A stretch of 64,000 nt of DNA, taken from positions 15,500,001 through 15,564,000 of the forward strand of contig OX597841.1 of the NCBI GenBank assembly GCA_951406725.2, written 5' to 3'. Each line of letters opens with the position of its first letter. Position 1 is the first letter of the stretch. Source of the stretch: Octopus vulgaris. Taxonomy: Eukaryota. The position numbers and the translations under genes are program-made. This document shows positions 1 through 13,428 of this stretch, piece by piece. The notes beneath the pieces were generated by a model. The model worked only from the letters and a program-made list of their open reading frames with translations. It made no database searches and had not been told where the DNA came from.

Positions 1-105
1 GCATGCGTATACATATATACATATATATTTGTACATGCGTATATACAACTTTAAGCACGTATGTATTTATACATATTTATATGTATGTATATATGTATAT
101 AGATA

Positions 106-156
<51 letters not shown>

Positions 157-199
157 TCACAAACTAATACACACACAAGTATATATATGTATGCATATG

Positions 200-257
<58 letters not shown>

Positions 258-320
258 TATATAGGCTCAGGCACTCCTTTTTGGTTTCATATCATTCTAT
301 CTGTACATAGCCATCTATCA

Positions 321-356
<36 letters not shown>

Positions 357-519
357 GCACACACACAAGCATATACAAAAGCAAAGGCACTCGCGCACGC
401 GCGTACATATTTCACGCTGGCGCTCCGTCTCCGACAAACCCCCCGCCCGCTGACTTACTTTCTTTCACACATGCATTTTCGGTTCCTGTCCGCCGTGTGA
501 GATGCATGCGCAAGTGCAT

Positions 520-542
520 GTCTGCATGTGTGCATGTATGTA

Positions 543-579
<37 letters not shown>

Positions 580-860
580 ATGTATGTATGTATGTATGCA
601 TGTGTGTATGTATGTATGTATGTATGTATGTATGTATGTATGTATGTATGTGTGTGTGTATGTGTGTATGTATGTATGTATGTATGTATGAGTGTATGTA
701 TGTATGTGTGTATGTGTGTATGTATGTATGTGTGTATGTATGAGTGTATGTATGTATGTATGTATGCATGTGTGTATGTATGTATGAATGTATGTATGTA
801 TGTATGTATGTATGTGTGTGTGTATGTGTGTATGTATGTATGTGTGTGTGTATGTACGTA

Positions 861-891
<31 letters not shown>

Positions 892-1088
892 ATGTATGTA
901 TGTATGTATGTATGTATGCATGTGTGTATGTATGTATGAATGTATGTATGTATGTATGTATGTATGTGTGTGTGTATGTGTGTATGTATGTATGTATGTA
1001 TGTATGAGTGTATGTATGTATGTGTGTATGTGTGTATGAGTGTTTGTATGTATGAGTGTATGTATGTATGTGTGTGTGTATGTACGTA

Positions 1089-1119
<31 letters not shown>

Positions 1120-1152
1120 ATGTATGTATGTATGTATGTATGTATGTACGTA

Positions 1153-1183
<31 letters not shown>

Positions 1184-1200
1184 ATGTATGTATGTACGTA

Positions 1201-1231
<31 letters not shown>

Positions 1232-1526
1232 ATGTATGTATGTATGTATGAGTGTATGTATGTATGTATGTATGTATTTATGTATTTATGTATGTATGTA
1301 TGTATGTATGTATGTATGTATGTATGTATGTATGTATGTGTGTGTGTATGTATGTATGCATGTATGTATGTATGTATGTGTGTGTATGTATGTATGTATG
1401 TATGTATGTATGTATGTATGTATGTATGTATGTATGTATGTGTGTATGTATGTATGTATGCATGTATGTATGTATGTATGTGTGTATGTGTGTATGTATG
1501 TATGTATGTATGTATGTATGTACGTA

Positions 1527-1557
<31 letters not shown>

Positions 1558-2290
1558 ATGTATGAGTGTATGTATGTATGTATGTATGTATTTATGTATT
1601 TATGTATGTATGTATGTATGTATGTATGTATGTATGTATGTATGTATGTATGTATGTATGTATGTATGTATGTATGTGTGTGTGTATGTATGTATGTATG
1701 TATGTATGTATGTATGTGTGTGTATGTATGTATGTATGTATGTATGTATGTATGCATGTATGTATGTATGTATGTATGTGTGTATGTGTGTATGTATGTA
1801 TGTATGTGTGTACGTATGCATGCATGTATGTATGTATGTATGTATGTATGTATGTATGTATGTATGTATGTGTGTATGTGTGTATGTATGTATGTATGTA
1901 TGTATGTATGTATGCATGCATGTATGTATGTATGTATGTATGTATGTATGTATGTGTGTGTGTGTATGTATGTATGTATGTATGTATGTATGTATGTATG
2001 TATGTATGTATGTATGTATGTATGTATGTATGTATGAGTGTATGTATGTATGTGTGTATGTATGTATGTGTGTATGTATGTATGTGTGTATGTATGTATG
2101 TATGTATGAGTGTATGTATGCATGTATGTATGTATGTATGTATGTATGTATGTGTGTATGTATGTGTGTGTGTATGTATGTATGTATGAGTGTATGTATC
2201 TATGTATGTATATGTATGTATGTATGTGTGTATGTGTGTATGTATGTATGTATGTATATATGTATGTATGAATGTATGTATGTGTGTGTA
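520..2290. repeat. Large compound (TATG)n/(TG)n microsatellite array
   Basis: About 1.75 kb of TATG units with TG, TACG, TGAG and TGCA variants; explains the MYVC/HTYI ORFs. Confidence 0.97.
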
Positions 2291-2440
2291 GTCAGCTTGT
2301 GAAAGTGATAGACAGATAGCTAACTAGAAAGTTAACGTGACAGATATAGAGATTAAAGGACAGACAGACAGACAGACAGACAGATAGATAAAGTAGATTG
2401 ATAGATAGATACGTCTTATCCAGTTTTTTATAAAAAATTC

Positions 2441-2443
2441 ATG

Positions 2444-2500
<57 letters not shown>

Positions 2501-2513
2501 GTTTGTATGTTAA

Positions 2514-2577
<64 letters not shown>

Positions 2578-2665
2578 GATCTTTCTTTCTGTGTATCTAT
2601 CTGTCTGCCTGTCTGTCTATGTATGTATGTATGTATGTATGTATGTATGTATGTATGTATGTATG

Positions 2666-2722
<57 letters not shown>

Positions 2723-2751
2723 GTTTGTATGTTAATCTGTCTGTCTGTCTG

Positions 2752-2811
<60 letters not shown>

Positions 2812-2871
2812 GATCTTTCTTTCTATGTATCTATCTGTCTGCCTGTCTGTCTATGTATGTATGTATGTATG

Positions 2872-2912
<41 letters not shown>

Positions 2913-2940
2913 GTCTGTCTATCTCTCTCTCTATCCCTCT
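2441..2940. repeat. Duplicated compound microsatellite unit (~222 bp period)
   Basis: (TCTA)n-gtttgtatgttaatc-(CT)n-atcgatctttc-(TATG)n occurs twice; ctgtttgtatgttaatc at 2499 and 2721. Confidence 0.85.
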
Positions 2941-3127
2941 TTCTCTCTCTCTATCTATATTTGTACCTCTATCTCTCTCTCTATATATATATATATGCGT
3001 GTATATATATGTGTGCGTGTATATATATGTGTGGGTGTACACATAGGTCTGTATATATACATATATTTCATCCACATACATATCTTTGTTTACCTGTGTC
3101 TCTCTTTCTGTCTGTCTGTCTCTCTTC

Positions 3128-3191
<64 letters not shown>

Positions 3192-3746
3192 ACGCATATA
3201 TTATATAATATACATTCACATAGATATACACACACACGGACACTCCCTCTCTCCTTCTTCTCTAAAATCACCCCACTTATAACGTCTTTACCCCTTTCAT
3301 TCTCGTTGCCCTCTCTGTCTCTGTCTCTCTCTCCCACTCTCTCTTTCTCTGTAACACACACACACACACACACACACTAACACACACACACACTCACACA
3401 CACACGCACTCACACACACGCCCGACCGTATCCCAATCGATAAAGCTAACAAGCGCGGGAACAAGGCGCAGTGCCGTCTGACATAATTTGATTGAGGTGA
3501 GGACCGAATGCGGTGAGTGGTTGTCACGGGTAACGGTGGCATTGGGATAAAATAGTAATAATAATAATAATAAAGGGAGCGGGGCTATGAGTAACTGTTG
3601 TTGTTTTGGCGTTGGTACAGAGACGGCGGTGGCGTGTGGCTGAAGTAGAGTTCTTGCAGTTATGGCGACGGTGGCGAATGTACGGTAGAGGGCGCAGTCA
3701 GATGGCTTTGCTATATGTCTGTAGATACATTATATATTTACATATG

Positions 3747-3824
<78 letters not shown>

Positions 3825-4126
3825 GTAAAATATAATTACCAACTAAATGTGGCGGTCCCATAGAGGACGATGCTACTGTTGTTTTTAACCCCAGGAGGAG
3901 GACATCTCCACCAGCTGGCTAACGACATACTGAGTCCGATTAGTATTTGCGAGGGAAATCCTCGTTCCCATCTCTAGCCTTACACACGCACACACACACA
4001 TCCACACACACACACATACACACACACACACATACACACACACGCACACACACACACACACGCACAAACGCACACATATATATAATATTTGACAATTAGT
4101 TGATTGTCATAATAAAACTCCAGAAC

Positions 4127-4253
4127 GTATTCTTTGTAAACCTAGTACTTACACTATTAGTCTCTTTTGCCGAACCGCTAAGTTACGGAGATGAAAACAC
4201 CCGAACCATGTGGTTGAGAGGCAAGCTTCTTGCCACACAGCGACACCTGTGCC
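4127..4253 (-). mobile_element. SINE family A, internally deleted copy
   Basis: The 3' module (cttttgccgaaccgctaagttacgg) is joined directly to the tRNA head (gaaccatgtggttg...ccacacagc); the middle is missing relative to 58267-58680. Confidence 0.8.
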
Positions 4254-4577
4254 TATATACTCTTTTCCTCTTTTACTTGTAGCTATAAATATACAGCGAT
4301 AGATATATGCAATTAGATGAACTGATGCAGAATTAATTAAGAGGAATAAAAGTCGTTATTTTGAATTGTTAAAGAGATTCAGAGTCATACCGGTATCGTC
4401 AAATGCTGTTCACTGGCTTTGAATGCGCACCGATTACCAAACGGTGTTGGGTCTACTAGTCCCTGAGCAAAAAGATTGTGTAAGGGCGGTAAGTAGTTCC
4501 CGATGTGGTGCAGTTAGAGTAGATATAATACTGTAATATGAATGGTGTTTGGGTGTATGTATGTGTGTATGCATGTA

Positions 4578-4615
<38 letters not shown>

Positions 4616-4619
<4 letters not shown>

Positions 4620-4802
4620 ATCCAAACGAGAAAACACAAAAAAAAACACAACAACGCGAGAACGTGGAACAAATATAGTATTATTGGACGCTCATAAAAG
4701 AAGGGAAGAAGGAGGGTTTAACGTTTCGAGCGGAGCTCTTCGTCGGAAACATAGGAGAAGGAAAGATCCAGAGAAGGGAAGACAGGAAAAAAATCGCCAA
4801 CG
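4616..4802 (-). mobile_element. Short non-coding Penelope-like element (family P1) carrying a hammerhead-like motif
   Basis: Near-identical reverse complement of 18623-18807; flanked by (TA)n on both sides. Confidence 0.7.
4716..4750 (-). ncRNA. Minimal type-I hammerhead-like motif (variant core)
   Basis: Minus strand reads GTTT-CCGACGA-A-GAGC tcc GCTC-GAAA-CGTT-AAAC: helix I GTTT/AAAC, helix II GAGC/GCTC, palindromic helix III ACGT; U4>C core variant. Confidence 0.6.
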
Positions 4803-4828
4803 ATATATATATATATATATATATACAG

Positions 4829-4879
<51 letters not shown>

Positions 4880-5781
4880 TTTCGAATGAATATATAATCA
4901 TGGCGGTTACCCTGTTTCCTCTTCAATCGATTAACCACAGCAAACATTTTGTGATACCCGAGTTAACAATATTTTGCTAGACTCTCGCTTGGGAAACCCG
5001 ACTGCCTTATTCCGGATTGCATAATTTCCGTTAAGTGAGTAATATTATTAATTATTGTAAGAAGAACGGAGATTTTCCACGTCTGTAATTTTATTAAGAT
5101 TCCTTCAGCTACACTTCGAATGTCAGTAAATCATGAGCTCTGATGAAACTGTACCGACAATGGCACCACGGTACATATCTAACAGTGCGCAGTCGTTTGC
5201 AGTTGTATACGCATACATACATACATACATACATACATACATACATACATACATACATACATACATACATACATACATACATGCATACATACATACACTT
5301 CTGTGACTGCAGAAGTGGAGAGTAAGGCGAGAGCAAGGGAAACAACGTTGTCCAAATCCAGAGTGCAAAGATGGAGAAGGTGACCTACATAAACGCATAC
5401 ACGCAAAACACAGACACATACATACATAGATACATACATACATACATACATACATACATACATACATACATACATACATACATACATTCGATCTCCTACT
5501 CCATGCGACTCATACTCTGGCAATCTCGTCATCCGAATACCTATTTCATCAGGCTCGTAGAATCCGAACAAGACGTGTGCAAGAAGACTAGTCCATGCTG
5601 GAGCACCGCCTGTAGTCGAACTAATCAACCCAAGGACTTATTCTCTGTAAGTCTAGTACTTATTCTATAGGTCTCTATTGCCGAACGGGGACGTAAACAC
5701 ACCAGCATCGGTTGTCAAGCGATGTTCGGGGGACAAACACAGACACACAAACATATACACACACATACATATATATATATA

Positions 5782-6747
5782 CTAGCACTATGACCCGGCA
5801 ACGCTGGGTCATAGTGCTAGTGCATGCATATACAGCTGCGTGCATGCGCACATACACGCGAGTACTGTCCAAAACTCCGACCAATCACATACAGCTAGCT
5901 GGCATTCAATTGGCGTATCAGGTTTCGGGCATTTTGATTGGGTTTTGGATAGAAAATTCACAAAAAAGTCACTTCTATTGATTTTTTAATGGCTCTGCGG
6001 GGTGACTGGGGAAATGTAAAGTTGTGCACGACCACCCTTGGACGGTTTTTATTGACCATAGAAAGTGCAAGCCACTCTAACTGAAAATTGTGGATTTGTA
6101 TAAAGGACACACACACAGACATTTTGCCGTTTATATATATAGAAATACGGGGTGACTGGGGAAACGTAAAGATGTGCACGACCACCCTTGGACGGTTTTT
6201 AATGACCATAGAAAGTGCAAGCCCTCTAACTGAAAAATTGTGGATTTGTATAAAGGACACACATACAGACATTTTGCCGTTTATATATATAGAAATACGG
6301 GGTGACTGGGGAAACGTAAAGATGTGCACGACCACCCTTGGACGGTTTTGAATGACCATAGAAAGTGCAAGCCCTCTAACTGAAAAATTGTGGATTTGTA
6401 TAAAGGACACGCACGCAGACATTTTGCCGTTCATATATATATAGAAATACGGGGTGACTGGGGAAATGTAAATATGTGCACGACCACCCTTGGACGGTTT
6501 TTAATGACCATAGAAAGTGCAAGCCCTCTAACTGAAAAATTGTGGATTTGTATAAAAGACACACATACAGACATTTTGCCGTTCATATATATATAGAAAT
6601 ACGGGGTGACTGGGGAAATGTAAATATGTGCACGACCACCCTTGGACGGTTTTGAATGACCATAGAAAGTGCAAGCCCTCTAACTGAAAAATTGTGGATT
6701 TGTATAAAGGACACACACACAAACATTTTGCCGTTTATATATAGAGA
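5782..6747 (-). mobile_element. Non-autonomous Helitron with five ~150-bp internal tandem repeats
   Basis: Minus strand starts TCTCTATATATAAACGG (6747) and ends with a hairpin plus CTAG (5782); inserted between A and T with no TSD. Confidence 0.8.
5997..6747. repeat. 150-152 bp tandem repeat, 5 units
   Basis: ggtgactggggaaa recurs at 6001, 6151, 6301, 6453 and 6605. Confidence 0.95.
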
Positions 6748-7034
6748 TACATGTATACGACGGGCTTCTTTCAGTTTCCGTCTACCAAAATCCACTCACA
6801 AGGCTTTGGTCGGCCCGAGGCAATAGTAGAAGACACTTGCCCAAGGTACCACGCAGTGGAAAAGGGAATGAATGGGGGCCTGGAGGCGTGGATGCCCGGA
6901 GGCCCGGAGGCGTGGAGGCGTGGAGGCATGGATGCGCGGATGGTAATGGAGTTTAATGAAACAGAACAAAGTTTATTACGAGAAAATAATGAAGGAGCAC
7001 GGCGAAGATGGCGGCGACGGAGTTACTAATGGCA

Positions 7035-7192
7035 TTGATGATGATGATGATGATGATGATGGTGGTGATGGTGGTGGTGGTGGTGATGGTGATTATGTCA
7101 ATGGTGACGATGATTATGACGATGTTAATGATGATGGTGATAATGGTGATGATTATGATGGTTTTGCTGCTACTACGACCGCTACGACCACC

Positions 7193-7232
<40 letters not shown>

Positions 7233-7513
7233 CCTACTACTACTCCCAATGTTGTTGTTGTTGTTGCTAGTACTATTACTACTACTACTAATACTACCAC
7301 TAACACCACCAAAACTACTACTACTACTACTCTTAATGTTTCTGCTGCTGTTACTATTACTACTAGCACCACTACCACCACCAATACTACTACTACTACT
7401 ACAAGTGGTGATTAGAATGATTCTAGTGGTGATATTTGTTATGAGGACGATGGCGGTTGCAGTGATGATGATGATGATGATGATGGTGGTGGTGATGATG
7501 GTGGTGGTGGTGG

Positions 7514-7575
<62 letters not shown>

Positions 7576-8265
7576 ATGATGATGGTGGTGATGGTGATGA
7601 TGGTGGTGGTGATAATGATGATGATGGTGATGGTGGTGGTGGTGGTGATGATGATGGTGGTGGTGATGATGATGATGATGGTGATGGTGATGATGGTGGT
7701 GGTGGTGGTGATGATGATGATGATGATGGTGGTGGTGATGATGGTGGTGGTGATGGTGGTGGTGGTGATGATGATGGTGGTGGTGATGATGATGATGATG
7801 GTGATGGTGATGATGGTGGTGGTGGTGGTGATGATGATGATGATGATGGTGGTGGTGATGATGGTGGTGGTGATGGTGGTGGTGGTGATGATGATGGTGG
7901 TGGTGATGATGATGGTGGTGGTGATGATGGTGGTGATGATGGTGGTGGTGATGATGATGATGATGATGATGATGGTGGTGGTGATGATGGTGGTGATGAT
8001 GGTGGTGGTGGTGGTGATGATGGTGGTGATGATGGTGGTGGTGATGATGATGGTGGTGGTGATGATGGTGGTGGTGATGGTGGTGGTGATGATGGTAGTG
8101 ATGGTGGTGGTGGTGATGATGATGGTGATGATGATGATGGTGGTGGTGGTGATGAGGATGGTATTGGTGATGATGGTGGTAATGGTGGTGATGATGGTGG
8201 TGGTGGTGATGATGATGATGGTGGTGGTGATGATGGTGGAGGTGATAGTGGTGGTGGTGATGAGG
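7035..8265. repeat. (GAT)n/(GGT)n/(CTA)n trinucleotide array
   Basis: Direct inspection; gives the poly-M/V/D/T ORFs. Confidence 0.95.
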
Positions 8266-8639
8266 TTAAATTAAATTAAACGCGAAGTCTTACCACGTCT
8301 TGTTCTCTTAGCAAACTTTTACTCTCAACACACACGCACACACACACATACACATGCTCACGTGCACACACACACAAAAACATACACACACATACACATG
8401 CTCACGCGCGCGCACACACACACGCGCGCGCGCAGACATATATTTCATAATAAAAGTGACAGGAAATGGAAAGTGAGGAGGAGTAAATTGGTGGAGTGGG
8501 GGTGAGTGGGTGGGGGACGTGAGAGGGGTGGGTGGAGGGAGGAGGAGGTGAATGTGAGGAAGTGGAGAAGGCGCACAGCTGGTGAGTAGAAGGAGGAGGA
8601 AAGACGAATTATGAAGATGAATGAATGAATGAATGGATT

Positions 8640-9260
8640 GGAGAAAGGAGAAGAGGAAGGAGAGGAAGGAGAAGAGGAGAGGGGAAGCGGAAGGAAGAGA
8701 AGAACAACAACAGTATTAAGAAAGAAGAATGTAAAGAAGGAGAAGAAGAAGGAGAAGGATAAGGAGGAGGAAGAGAAGAAGAAGAAGCTGGAAGAAGAAA
8801 TAGAAGAATCTGGAGAAGAAGAGGAAGGAGAGAGATAAGGTGGAAGAAGAAGAAGAAAAAGAAGAAAAAGAATAAGAAGAAGAACAACAACAACAAAGTA
8901 AAGAAAAAGAATGTAAAGAAGAAGAAGAAGAAGAAGAAGAAGAAGAAGAAAAAGAAGAAGAAGGACAAGAAGAAGAAGGAGGAGGAGGAGGAGGAGAAGG
9001 AGAATCTGGAGAAGAAGAGGAAGGAGAGAGATAAGGTGGAAGAAGAAGAAAAAGAAGAAGAACAACAACAACAAAGTAAAGAAAAAGAATGTAAAGAAGC
9101 AGAAGAGGAAAGTTGAAGAAGAAAAAGAAAAAGAAGAAGATGGAAGAAGAAGAAGAAATAGAAGAATATGGAGAAGAAGAGGAAGGAGAGAGATAAGATG
9201 GAAGAAGACGATGACGATAGTAAAGAAGAATATGATGGTGAAGAAGAAGGTAAAGACGAC
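8640..9260. repeat. (GAA)n-rich tract with internal higher-order duplication
   Basis: gaat(c/a)tggagaagaagaggaaggagagagataag occurs at about 8807, 9002 and 9164. Confidence 0.85.
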
Positions 9261-9559
9261 GACGGTAACGATGAAGGAGATAGCTGTAAATGCAGAGAAA
9301 ATGGTAGATGTAGACAGTGGTAGACTGGTAGACTGGTAGACTGTTGTAGACGTTGGTAGGTTTCTTTCTCAAACGTTTTGCATAGTTCAAACCACACAAG
9401 TTGATGTGTGTAGAAAAACAAAACAGGAATTTTGAAAGAAGTTTCTAGAAAACTCGCTTTTAAACATTGAATGGCTACGAGAGGTCCATGAGAATGGGAA
9501 GCACTCCGTCGGTTGCGACGACGAGGGTTCCGGTTGATCCGAATCAACGGAACAGCCTG

Positions 9560-9884
9560 CTCGTGAAATTAACGTGCAAGTGGCTGAGCACTCCACAGAC
9601 ACGTGCACCCTGAACGTAGTTCTCGGGGATATTCAGCGTGACACAGAGAGTGACAAGGCCGGCCCCTTTGAAATACAGGTACAACAGAAACAGGAAGTAA
9701 GAGTGAGAGAGAAAGTTGTGGTGAAAGAGTACAGCAGGGATCACCACCATCCCCTGCCGGAGCCTCGTGGAGCTTTTAGGTGTTTTCGCTCAATAAACAC
9801 TCACAACGCCCGGTCTGTGAATCGAAACCGCGATCCTACGACCGCGAGTCCGCTGCCCTAACCACTGGGCCATTGCGCCTCCAC
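9560..9884 (-). mobile_element. tRNA-derived SINE family B
   Basis: Minus strand starts GTGGAGGCGCAATGGCCCAGTGGTTAGG (A box) and has GTTTCGATTC (B box); homologous to 37680-37881 and 56881-57137. The 3' boundary is approximate. Confidence 0.85.
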
Positions 9885-9984
9885 ACCATGAGAATAGGAT
9901 AGTAATGAAAGGAGTTCATAAATAAAAAAAGAAAATGGCTGAGAGTCCCTGTATTAGACGGAGTTGGATATAAACTGCGATATT

Positions 9985-11310
9985 GTGGTAGATGTAGAAA
10001 ATGGTAGACCGTAGAAGCTGTAGAAAGTTCTGAATGGTAATTACATGTAGTAAATTGTAGATGTAGAGAGTGCAGGACATTGGTAGATAGCAAGAGTGGT
10101 AGATGTAGACAGTGGTAGATATACAAGGTTGTAGGCGGTGGTAGACATTGGTAGAAAATGGGAAATAATGGTAGACGTAGTGATATATCGATGTAGATGT
10201 AGACAACTGAAATCAGTTGTAGAGAGATGTAGACGGTGGTAGACATTGGTAGACATTGGTAGAAAATGGGAGATAGTAATAGACGTAGTGATATATCGAT
10301 GTAGATGTAGACAACTGAAATCAGAAGTAGACATTGGTAGAAAATGGGAGATAATAATAGACGTAGTGATATATCGATGTAGATGTAGACAACTGAAATC
10401 AGAAGTAGACAGATGTAGACGGTGGTAGACATTGGTAGACATTGGTAGAAAATGGGAGATAATAATAGACGTAGTGATATATCGATGTAGATGTAGACAA
10501 CTGAAATCAGAAGTAGACAGATGTAGACGGTGGTAGACATTGGTAGAAAATGGGAGATAATGGTAGACGTAGTGATATATTCATGTAGATGTAGACAGTT
10601 GAAATCAGTAATACACAGCAGTAGAAAATGGTAAATGTAGACGCTGGTAGAAAGTGGTAGACGTAGGCAGTTGCTGGCAGAAGCAGTACTATACTGTGCT
10701 CTGATGAATTAATATTATTACCACCGGAAGTATTATGAGGAATTTTCTCTCTCAGTTTCAAATCCGTTTGTGCCATGTCGCCCGACTCGAAACTCAGTGT
10801 TGTACTTCTAAGACTAAAGAATTCTTTTCATGGCATTATTTGGTTCCTTATCTGAAGAATTTCTTTTAAGAAATATATTAAATGTTTGTCCAACGTGTAC
10901 AATTTTGTAATTCTCATTAGGAAATGAAACATGTGTAATGGTGAATAAATAAAACCAAAAAAATTTCCAGATTCCTGTTTTCTTACATAATAACTCTGCA
11001 AACACTGGTAGATGTTGTCTATGGTAGGCGTAGGCAATGTTAAACAATGGTATGCGGCGGAAACAATTGTAGGTACACACTGGTTGATGTAAACTTTGAT
11101 AGACGTAGGCAGGTTAGACAACAGTAAACAACGGTAGGTTGTTGTTCACACTGGCAGATATAGTCTGTGGTAGACGTAGGAAGAATTATACAATAGTAGA
11201 CAGCGGTAAGAATTGTAGGCTGTTGGTGTGTACATTGGTAAATGTAGACTTCGGTGGACGTAGGCAGAGTCCTTGTTGTTAAGTGGTGTAGACGCTGGTA
11301 GGAATAGACT
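9985..11310. repeat. Degenerate minisatellite built on GGTAGA/GATGTAGA units
   Basis: gacgtagtgatatat(c/t)...gatgtagaca..tgaaatcag recurs five times between 10174 and 10610 and decays outward. Confidence 0.85.
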
Positions 11311-11499
11311 GAAGTAAGCGGAAGTTGGGACAATGTGTGTAAAGGGGAGATAAGTCTGTAAGACAATGAATGAGAAACAGGAAGATAGGGAAAAAGGGGT
11401 TGGTTGATTGGGGGGGTGTAGGGGAGGGGAGGAAAATTGAAGAAGCAGAGATGAAAGGTGAAGATATTTGATTTATGGAAGAATTGGAAAGGAAGGTGA

Positions 11500-12540
11500 C
11501 ATGACAGATATGTGTTTTGGGGAGAGTGGAAGGTTTAGGGGACGAAGTGGAAAGGGAGAGAGAGAGAGAGAGGGTGTTAGGGAGAAGGAGTACGGGGCTG
11601 CGTAATGTGCTGAGGGAAAGGGTTAGGGGTTTGGGAGGAAAGTGAAAAGGAGTGTGATTGTGTAGTTTGGGAACAGAGAGGGGTTGGTTGTGTAATGTGT
11701 GGAGAGAGAGAGAGAGAAATAGGGAGAAAGAAGGAGAAAGGAGCAGAGTTGAAGGGCAGGGAGAGAGAGAGAGAGAGAGAGATTGTGTAATGTCGAGCGA
11801 GAGAAAGGAAGAGAGAAAGAGAGAGGTTGTGTAATTTGGGGAGGGAAAAAGATAGAGAGAGAGAAGGGAGAAAAATAGGGAGAAAGGATCAGATTTGAAG
11901 GGTACAGAGAGAAAGAGAAAGAGAGAATGAATCAAAATGAAAGGAGAGAGGAAGAGAGAGAGCGAGCATAGATGTGAAAAGTAAAGAGAGAGAGGGTGAA
12001 GAGTGATTGTGTAATGCGGGGACAGAGAGAGAAAGAGAGGGAGAAAGGATCAAAGTCGAAAGGCAGAGAGAGAGAGAGAGAGAGAAAAAGAGAGAAAGAA
12101 AGAGAGGGAGAAAGAAAGAGAAGGAGAGAGACGAAGAGAGCTTAGATGTGAAAAGTAAAAAGAGAGAAGGAGAGAAAGGTGTGATTGTAGAGAGAGAGAG
12201 GAGAACGGGGAAGAGAGAGAGACATTTTATAATATGGGAGAGAAAGAGAGAGAGAGGGTGTTATTGTGTAATGTGGTAAGAGGAATAGAGAAAGAGAGAG
12301 AGAAACAGAGAGAGAGAAACAGAGAGAGATAGAAAGAGAGAGATAGAGAGAGAGACACACACAGGGATTGTGTAATATGGAGAGAGAGCCAGAGAGAGAA
12401 GCAGAGAGAGATAGAGAGAGAGAGACTGTGTAATGTGGGAGAGAGAGGCAGAGAGATAGAGAGAGAGAGGGATTGTGTAATGTAGAGAGAGGCGGAAAGA
12501 GATAGATAGAGAGATAGATAGATAGAGAGAGAGAGAGAGG
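11500..12540. repeat. Degenerate purine-rich repeat with recurring gattgtgtaatg motif between (GA)n tracts
   Basis: ttgtgtaat or close variants occur about 10 times. Confidence 0.7.
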
Positions 12541-13237
12541 GAGAAGGGGCAGAAAAGATGTAGACAGGAACGTGTGAGGTTCAGGGTTCAGGTTTGGGCT
12601 GCATCAATGTAAAGTGGAGAGTAAGGATGTAGGGATGGATGCGTGAAGGAGATAGGAAAGGATGGAGGAATATAGGGTAAAGAGAGAGAGAGGGTGGGGG
12701 GAGAATGGGGGTTACTGGGTGGTTGTAGTTAGGTTGTAGTAGATGTAGGGAAGCGAAGAGCGTGGGGCTGCTGTGGAGAGTTGAGGTGGTCGACAGGAGA
12801 GTCTGGAGAGCTGCCAAGTGGGAAGAAAAAAAGGAGAGGGTGGAGAGTAATGTAAGTGTGAAGTGGGGGTGGGGTGGGGTGGGGATGCATTGGGGTGGGG
12901 GTGGTGGCTTAGGAGGAGAAAGCAAGGGAGAGGATGAGGAGGATGGAGAAGGGGATGAAGTGGAGGACGTTTGATGCGGTCGGCGGTGGAGGTGAAGAAG
13001 GAAGGAAGGAAGGAAGGAAGGAAGGGAGGAAGGAGGGAAGGTGGGACAGGTTGGGAGGGGTGAGGGAGGGAGGGAGGGAGAAGAGAGGGGAAGGGCTAGG
13101 GTTGCTATGTATGTAATGTAGAGAGGAAGGCGTGCAAGGGGAGCGAGGGCACGCGCGCGCGCGAGAGAGAGAAAGAAGGTGAGGAAGGAAAACTGGTAGT
13201 TAAATAGATAGACAAAAGAGAGAGAGAGAGAGAGAGT

Positions 13238-13428
<191 letters not shown>

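Larger units (their letters stand above)
5592..6860 (-). mobile_element. SINE family A interrupted by a Helitron
   Basis: 3' half at 5592-5780 and 5' part at 6748-6860 match the other family A copies; the insertion lies in the internal (TA)n linker. Confidence 0.85.

Noticed and set aside
5958-6795. Repetitive ORFs and CRISPR-like appearance of the 150-bp array
   Set aside because: Units are fully repeated with no unique spacers and no cas genes; they are Helitron-internal tandem repeats.
9800-9884. tRNA gene-like sequences at SINE heads (also 41505, 56881, 58267)
   Set aside because: A and B boxes are present but there is no proper acceptor stem or poly-T terminator, and each continues into a SINE body.
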